From the IMG/VR virus record IMGVR_UViG_2579778660_000001: 64,000 nucleotides of DNA. One strand, 5' to 3'. Source of the stretch: a virus. Lineage: Duplodnaviria > Heunggongvirae > Uroviricota > Caudoviricetes. Below, in pieces: positions 58,307 to 64,000 of the stretch. Below the pieces are notes generated by a model, which was not told where the DNA came from, made no database searches, and worked only from the letters and a program-made list of their open reading frames with translations. The position numbers were made by a program, and so were the translations under genes. Each line of letters starts with the position of its first letter. The first letter of the stretch is position 1.

Positions 58307-61300
58307 ATGGGTGCTGATAAAACGAACAACATAATGACACTATCCTCTGGTGTCTCACAGCCGTTGCTTGCTGATGTTCAATATTTCGAACTCTATAGTA
58401 GTTCTGCTCTTAACAGAAAACTTAAAAATATTGTTTTGCCGGGCTTTTACTGTGGATTTGAACCAGTTCCCGGCACAGGGTTGAGCGTCCGTATAACTTC
58501 TGAAAACTCAGAAGGTAAAGGGGCTGCTTCAGTAGATGTAAATAATGTTCAGATATCCATTCAGCAAATAGAAGATGTGACTGTCTCGGTAAAGGCTGGG
58601 GCTACCAACATTATTGTGCTGGAAGCCAATTTTGAACATGGTGTAAAAACGACACAGGTAGAGAGCGCATCTTCTGTCAGTGCTGCAAGAATTTACGCGC
58701 GTAGGGACAATACTATTGGGCAGAATCAAATTGAATTATGTCGAGTTATCGTGCCTAGCGGCGCAACGGCTGTGACTAAAGAAATGATTGTGCTTAAATA
58801 CCGAGTTAACCGTGCTGTTGGTGTCGAATTCTCTAATGAAATAAGCAGTACAGAAGAAAGAAAAGCGGCTACACCTCTGGCTGTCAAAACTCTTCATGAT
58901 TTGGTTGATACAAAAGCTCCGCTCAATAGTCCGCATCTGTCAGGTACGCCGACAGTGCCTACGGCCTCACAAGGCACAAATAGCACGCAGATCGCAAATA
59001 CAGCCTTTGTTAAGGCAGCTATAACGGCACTTATCAACGGTGCACCTGGCACACTGGATACGCTTAAAGAAATAGCGGCTGCGATCAATAACGACCCGAA
59101 TTTCAGCACAACTATCAACAATGCTCTGGCTCTTAAAGCTCCTTTGGCAAGCCCGGCGTTCACCGGTACGCCGACAGTGCCTACGGCCTCACAAGGCACA
59201 AATAGCACGCAGATTGCAAATACAGCCTTTGTTAAGGCAGCTATAACGGCACTTATCAACGGTGCACCTGGCACACTGGATACGCTTAAAGAAATAGCGG
59301 CTGCGATCAATAACGACCCGAATTTCAGCACAACTATCAACAATGCTCTGGCTCTTAAAGCTCCTTTGGCAAGCCCGGCGTTCACCGGTACGCCGACAGT
59401 GCCTACGGCCTCACAAGGCACAAATAGCACGCAGATTGCAAATACAGCCTTTGTTAAGGCAGCTATAACGGCACTTATCAACGGTGCACCTGGCACACTG
59501 GATACGCTTAAAGAAATAGCGGCTGCGATCAATAACGACCCGAATTTCAGCAAAACTATCAACAATGCTCTGGCTCTTAAAGCTCCTTTAGCAAGTCCTG
59601 CATTAACGGGAATACCTACTGCGCCTACCGCTGCACAGGGTACGAATAACACGCAGATTGCTACGACCGCTTATGTAAGAGCTGCTATCTCTGCATTGGT
59701 CGGCTCATCACCTGAAGCTCTTGATACCCTGAATGAGCTTGCAGCAGCACTGGGCAATGACCCGAACTTTGCGACAACAATGACAAATGCGCTGGCAGGC
59801 AAACAGCCACTTGATGCAACTTTAACCGCGCTTGCTGGGCTTGCGACAGGCGCAAATAAATTGCCGTACTTTACCGGTACAGACACTGTTTCCCAGACTG
59901 ATTTAACGTCAGTCGGTCGCGATATCCTGGCTAAAACAAGCACACTGGCTGTTATCCAATACCTTGGTTTAAGAGAAATCGGAACCAGCGGCGAAAAGAT
60001 CCCCCTGTTGAGCACAGCTAATACCTGGAGTTCTCAACAGACTTTCAAAGGTAAGACAGCGTTTTCAGCCGCTGCTACATTCAGTGCCGGGATAGCAGGA
60101 GCCATCGATCCGGAAGACATTGGCGGCCAGACGGTTGATCTTAACAACCTGACCATCATCTCAGATGTCGGGGCAATTAAATATTATTGTTGTCCAACCT
60201 TTGGAGGTGGTGCAAATATCACCAACAAGCCTGACGGTGTAACCGGTAACTTTTTGCTCCGTGTAGAGTCGACTCGCAAAGTTTCTGCTTCGGATTATGC
60301 GAACATGCAAACGCTGATCAGCAACGACACAAAACGTATATACGTTCGCTTTGTTGTTAATGGAAGCTGGGCAGCGTGGAGTCAGGTTGTTGTTTCCGGA
60401 TGGGGTCAGGATGTAAGTGTTAAGTCTCTTCGTGCCGTGGCTCTTAGTGGATCTTTGACAGGTAATGCATCCACCGCCACAAAACTGCAAACAGCACGCA
60501 CAATCGGCGGAGTGTCGTTCGATGGTAGTGCCAATATCGACCTGCCGGGCGTGAATAAAGCAGGTAATCAGAGCACTACCGGCAATGCTGCAACCGCTAC
60601 GAAACTGCAAACAGCACGCACAATAGGTGGAGTGTCATTCGATGGTAGTGCCAATATCGACCTGCCGGGCGTGAATAAAGCAGGTAATCAGAGCACTACC
60701 GGTAATGCTGCAACCGCTACAAAACTGCAAACAGCCCGCACAATCAACGGTGTTAAGTTTGATGGTTCTGCGAACATTTCGATACCAACAATCACGTCCA
60801 GAGGGCGTGTTACTGCGCTCACCGATACAACACAAGGTGCTGCTACTGGATTGCAGATGTATGAGGCGTACAACAATAGCTACCCGACCGCGTATGGCAA
60901 CGTATTGCACATGAAAGGTGCGAGTGCTGCTGGTGAGGGCGAGTTGCTTATTGGCTGGAGTGGTACGAGCGGTGCACATGCGCCGGTTTTCATTCGCTCC
61001 CGAAGAGATTACGCTGATGCGGCATGGTCAGCGTGGGCGCAGGTATATACATCAAGGGACTCCATTCCTGGTGTGAATGCCACTGGCAATCAGAATACAA
61101 CTGGCAATGCAGCAACTGCTACAAAACTACAGACGGCAAGAACTATCGGCGGAGTTAGCTTTGATGGTACTGCGAATATTAATTTACCTGGTGTTAACGT
61201 TGCGGGTAATCAGAATACATCCGGTAACGCGGCTACAGCGACCAAGTTACAAACCGCGAGAACTATAAATGGGGTGTCGTTTGACGGTTCTAAAAACATT

Positions 61301-64000
61301 GAGCTAACTCCAAGGTCTATAGGCACGATCAACTCAACAACAATGTCTTTTAGTGGTGGTGCTGGATGGTTCAAGCTGGCAACTGTAACCATGCCACAGG
61401 CCAGTTCTATGGTTTACATAAGCCTGATTGGTGGTGCTGGATATAATGTTAACTCCCCTATGCAGGCTGGTATATCTGAACTTGTTCTTCGTGCGGGAAA
61501 TGGGAATCCAAAAGGTCTTACCGGTGCGTTATGGCGACGGACATCGGTTGGATTTACTAATTTTGCATGGGTGAATACATCCGGTGATACCTATGATGTT
61601 TATGTTGAAATAGGTAATTACGCCACGGGTGTAAATATCCAGTGGGATTATACCAGGAACGCCAGCGTAACGATTCATACATCACCATCTTATACAGCGG
61701 ATAAACCAACAGGCCTGACAGATGGAACTGTATATGTCATTTACAGTTCGCACATTAAACCGACCGCCACGGATGTCGGCGCATTCCCAATAACCGGAGG
61801 AAATCTCAAAGGCGGTTTAACGGCTACTGGTGAGATCATTTCAAAATCGGCGAATGGTCAGCGCATTGCCTACGGAAACTACGGATTCTTTATCCGAAAC
61901 GATGGTTCACACACATTTTTCATGTTGACCGATTCGGGTAACAGCCTGGGAACCTATAATAATTTAAGGCCGCTTATTATTAACAACGCCAATGGTACTG
62001 TTACGATCGGTAATGGACTCAATGTTACTGGCGGCATCAATGGTAGTTTGAACGGTAATGCTGCAACTGCAACAAAACTGCAAACAGCACGCACAATCGG
62101 CGGAGTGTCATTCGATGGTAGTGCCAATATCGACCTGCCGGGCGTGAATAAAGCAGGTAATCAGAGCACTACCGGCAATGCTGCAACCGCTACGAAACTG
62201 CAAACAGCACGCACAATAGGTGGAGTGTCATTCGATGGTAGTGCCAATATCGACCTGCCGGGCGTGAATAAAGCAGGTAATCAGAGCACTACCGGTAATG
62301 CCGCAACCGCAACGAAACTACAGACTGCACGCACAATCGGCGGCGTGTCGTTCGATGGTAGTGCCAATATCGACCTGCCGGGCGTGAATAAAGCAGGTAA
62401 TCAGAGCACTACCGGCAATGCTGCAACCGCAACAAAACTGCAAACAGCACGCACAATAGGCGGAGTGTCATTCGATGGTAGTGCCAATATCGACCTGCCG
62501 GGCGTGAATAAAGCAGGTAATCAGAGCACTACCGGTAATGCTGCAACCGCTACAAAACTGCAAACAGCCCGCACAATCAACGGTGTTAAGTTTGATGGTT
62601 CTGCGAACATTTCGATACCAACAATCACGTCCAGAGGGCGTGTTACTGCGCTCACCGATACAACACAAGGTGCTGCTACTGGATTGCAGATGTATGAGGC
62701 GTACAACAATAGCTACCCGACCGCGTATGGCAACGTATTGCACATGAAAGGTGCGAGTGCTGCTGGTGAGGGCGAGTTGCTTATTGGCTGGAGTGGTACG
62801 AGCGGTGCACATGCGCCGGTTTTCATTCGCTCCCGAAGAGATTACGCTGATGCGGCATGGTCAGCGTGGGCGCAGGTATATACATCAAGGGACTCCATTC
62901 CTGGTGTGAATGCCACTGGCAATCAGAATACAACTGGCAATGCAGCAACTGCTACAAAACTACAGACGGCAAGAACTATCGGCGGAGTTAGCTTTGATGG
63001 TACTGCGAATATTAATTTACCTGGTGTTAACGTTGCGGGTAATCAGAATACATCCGGTAACGCGGCTACAGCGACCAAGTTACAAACCGCGAGAACTATA
63101 AATGGGGTGTCGTTTGACGGTTCTAAAAACATTGAGCTAACTCCAAGGTCTATAGGCACGATCAACTCAACAACAATGTCTTTTAGTGGTGGTGCTGGAT
63201 GGTTCAAGCTGGCAACTGTAACCATGCCACAGGCCAGTTCTATGGTTTACATAAGCCTGATTGGTGGTGCTGGATATAATGTTAACTCCCCTATGCAGGC
63301 TGGTATATCTGAACTTGTTCTTCGTGCGGGAAATGGGAATCCAAAAGGTCTTACCGGTGCGTTATGGCGACGGACATCGGTTGGATTTACTAATTTTGCA
63401 TGGGTGAATACATCCGGTGATACCTATGATGTTTATGTTGAAATAGGTAATTACGCCACGGGTGTAAATATCCAGTGGGATTATACCAGGAACGCCAGCG
63501 TAACGATTCATACATCACCATCTTATACAGCGGATAAACCAACAGGCCTGACAGATGGAACTGTATATGTCATTTACAGTTCGCACATTAAACCGACCGC
63601 CACGGATGTCGGCGCATTCCCAATAACCGGAGGAAATCTCAAAGGCGGTTTAACGGCTACTGGTGAGATCATTTCAAAATCGGCGAATGGTCAGCGCATT
63701 GCCTACGGAAACTACGGATTCTTTATCCGAAACGATGGTTCACACACATTTTTCATGTTGACCGATTCGGGTAACAGCCTGGGAACCTATAATAATTTAA
63801 GGCCGCTTATTATTAACAACGCCAATGGTACTGTTACGATCGGTAATGGACTCAATGTTACTGGCGGCATCAATGGTAGTTTGAACGGTAATGCTGCAAC
63901 TGCAACAAAACTGCAAACAGCACGCACAATCGGCGGAGTGTCATTCGATGGTAGTGCCAATATCGACCTGCCGGGCGTGAATAAAGCAGGTAATCAGAGC
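58307..64000 (+). CDS. tail fibre protein, 3'-truncated by window edge (at least 1898 codons)
   Basis: ATG at 58307 after GAGGG; first ~600 codons checked stop-free by hand, rest inferred from in-frame repeat translation; phage tail fibre repeat motifs; absent from ORF track because no stop in window. Confidence 0.8.
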   Translation, partial: MGADKTNNIMTLSSGVSQPLLADVQYFELYSSSALNRKLKNIVLPGFYCGFEPVPGTGLSVRITSENSEGKGAASVDVNNVQISIQQIEDVTVSVKAGATNIIVLEANFEHGVKTTQVESASSVSAARIYARRDNTIGQNQIELCRVIVPSGATAVTKEMIVLKYRVNRAVGVEFSNEISSTEERKAATPLAVKTLHDLVDTKAPLNSPHLSGTPTVPTASQGTNSTQIANTAFVKAAITALINGAPGTLDTLKEIAAAINNDPNFSTTINNALALKAPLASPAFTGTPTVPTASQGTNSTQIANTAFVKAAITALINGAPGTLDTLKEIAAAINNDPNFSTTINNALALKAPLASPAFTGTPTVPTASQGTNSTQIANTAFVKAAITALINGAPGTLDTLKEIAAAINNDPNFSKTINNALALKAPLASPALTGIPTAPTAAQGTNNTQIATTAYVRAAISALVGSSPEALDTLNELAAALGNDPNFATTMTNALAGKQPLDATLTALAGLATGANKLPYFTGTDTVSQTDLTSVGRDILAKTSTLAVIQYLGLREIGTSGEKIPLLSTANTWSSQQTFKGKTAFSAAATFSAGIAGAIDPEDIGGQTVDLNNLTIISDVGAIKYYCCPTFGGGANITNKPDGVTGNFLLRVESTRKVSASDYANMQTLISNDTKRIYVRFVVNGSWAAWSQVVVSGWGQDVSVKSLRAVALSGSLTGNASTATKLQTARTIGGVSFDGSANIDLPGVNKAGNQSTTGNAATATKLQTARTIGGVSFDGSANIDLPGVNKAGNQSTTGNAATATKLQTARTINGVKFDGSANISIPTITSRGRVTALTDTTQGAATGLQMYEAYNNSYPTAYGNVLHMKGASAAGEGELLIGWSGTSGAHAPVFIRSRRDYADAAWSAWAQVYTSRDSIPGVNATGNQNTTGNAATATKLQTARTIGGVSFDGTANINLPGVNVAGNQNTSGNAATATKLQTARTINGVSFDGSKNIELTPRSIGTINSTTMSFSGGAGWFKLATVTMPQASSMVYISLIGGAGYNVNSPMQAGISELVLRAGNGNPKGLTGALWRRTSVGFTNFAWVNTSGDTYDVYVEIGNYATGVNIQWDYTRNASVTIHTSPSYTADKPTGLTDGTVYVIYSSHIKPTATDVGAFPITGGNLKGGLTATGEIISKSANGQRIAYGNYGFFIRNDGSHTFFMLTDSGNSLGTYNNLRPLIINNANGTVTIGNGLNVTGGINGSLNGNAATATKLQTARTIGGVSFDGSANIDLPGVNKAGNQSTTGNAATATKLQTARTIGGVSFDGSANIDLPGVNKAGNQSTTGNAATATKLQTARTIGGVSFDGSANIDLPGVNKAGNQSTTGNAATATKLQTARTIGGVSFDGSANIDLPGVNKAGNQSTTGNAATATKLQTARTINGVKFDGSANISIPTITSRGRVTALTDTTQGAATGLQMYEAYNNSYPTAYGNVLHMKGASAAGEGELLIGWSGTSGAHAPVFIRSRRDYADAAWSAWAQVYTSRDSIPGVNATGNQNTTGNAATATKLQTARTIGGVSFDGTANINLPGVNVAGNQNTSGNAATATKLQTARTINGVSFDGSKNIELTPRSIGTINSTTMSFSGGAGWFKLATVTMPQASSMVYISLIGGAGYNVNSPMQAGISELVLRAGNGNPKGLTGALWRRTSVGFTNFAWVNTSGDTYDVYVEIGNYATGVNIQWDYTRNASVTIHTSPSYTADKPTGLTDGTVYVIYSSHIKPTATDVGAFPITGGNLKGGLTATGEIISKSANGQRIAYGNYGFFIRNDGSHTFFMLTDSGNSLGTYNNLRPLIINNANGTVTIGNGLNVTGGINGSLNGNAATATKLQTARTIGGVSFDGSANIDLPGVNKAGNQS
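58943..59608 (+). repeat. 3 near-identical tandem copies of a 222-bp (74-aa) unit inside tail fibre gene
   Basis: Unit starts GGTACGCCGACAGTGCCTACGGCC at 58943, 59165, 59387; a diverged 4th copy follows. Confidence 0.85.
60461..64000 (+). repeat. 1833-bp tandem duplication containing 120-bp sub-repeats, inside tail fibre gene
   Basis: 60635-60979 = 62468-62812 and 62054-62167 = 63887-64000 (offset 1833); 120-bp units at 60461, 60581, 62054, 62174, 62294, 62414. Confidence 0.85.

Noticed and set aside
58894-59652. 252-aa minus-strand ORF
   Set aside because: Reverse-frame artefact of the 222-bp tail-fibre repeats.
60635-62812. Two identical 114-aa minus-strand ORFs 1833 bp apart (possible IS or duplicated gene)
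   Set aside because: Both are antisense to the tail-fibre reading frame inside the tandem duplication; no transposase or terminal inverted repeats.

Overview
This 64-kb window reads as part of a P1-related temperate phage-plasmid from an enterobacterial host, with a myovirus-type virion module. All calls come from reading the sequence and the translated ORFs; no database search, alignment or RNA folding was run, so family names rest on recognisable motifs and recalled sequences. In order, the window holds: packaging genes (partial small terminase, TerL); a Cre-type recombinase; an operator-controlled five-gene early operon with a dUTPase and a DUF2829 (Tad2-like) fusion; a P1-type phd-doc module with a LexA-boxed humD and a theta-like hot gene; about 12 kb of leftward lambdoid-style early genes (Ea22/Ead paralogues, Ser/Thr phosphatase, a ClpX zinc-finger-only protein, DUF4406); a Ref-like HNH nuclease; an accessory island (exported proteins, a SWIM-like protein, an AT-rich membrane protein, a truncated antitoxin, higBA); baseplate genes; an RdgC homologue with a bifunctional Dmt methyltransferase; a host-type glnS; two partition systems; a PAAR-like protein; spanins; head and tail genes; an iteron-type RepA replicon; a Sit/tape-measure-like giant protein; baseplate wedge genes; and a tail-fibre gene of at least 1,898 codons that runs off the window and contains nested tandem repeats. 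An operator-like motif TTTTCTAACAT recurs at seven operon boundaries. No rRNA, tRNA, CRISPR array or transposase was found. No single locus is an unambiguous new system; the strongest candidates are the AT-rich membrane gene beside a truncated antitoxin (25.5-27.3 kb), the DUF2829 fusion operon (4.2-7.1 kb) and the embedded glnS.
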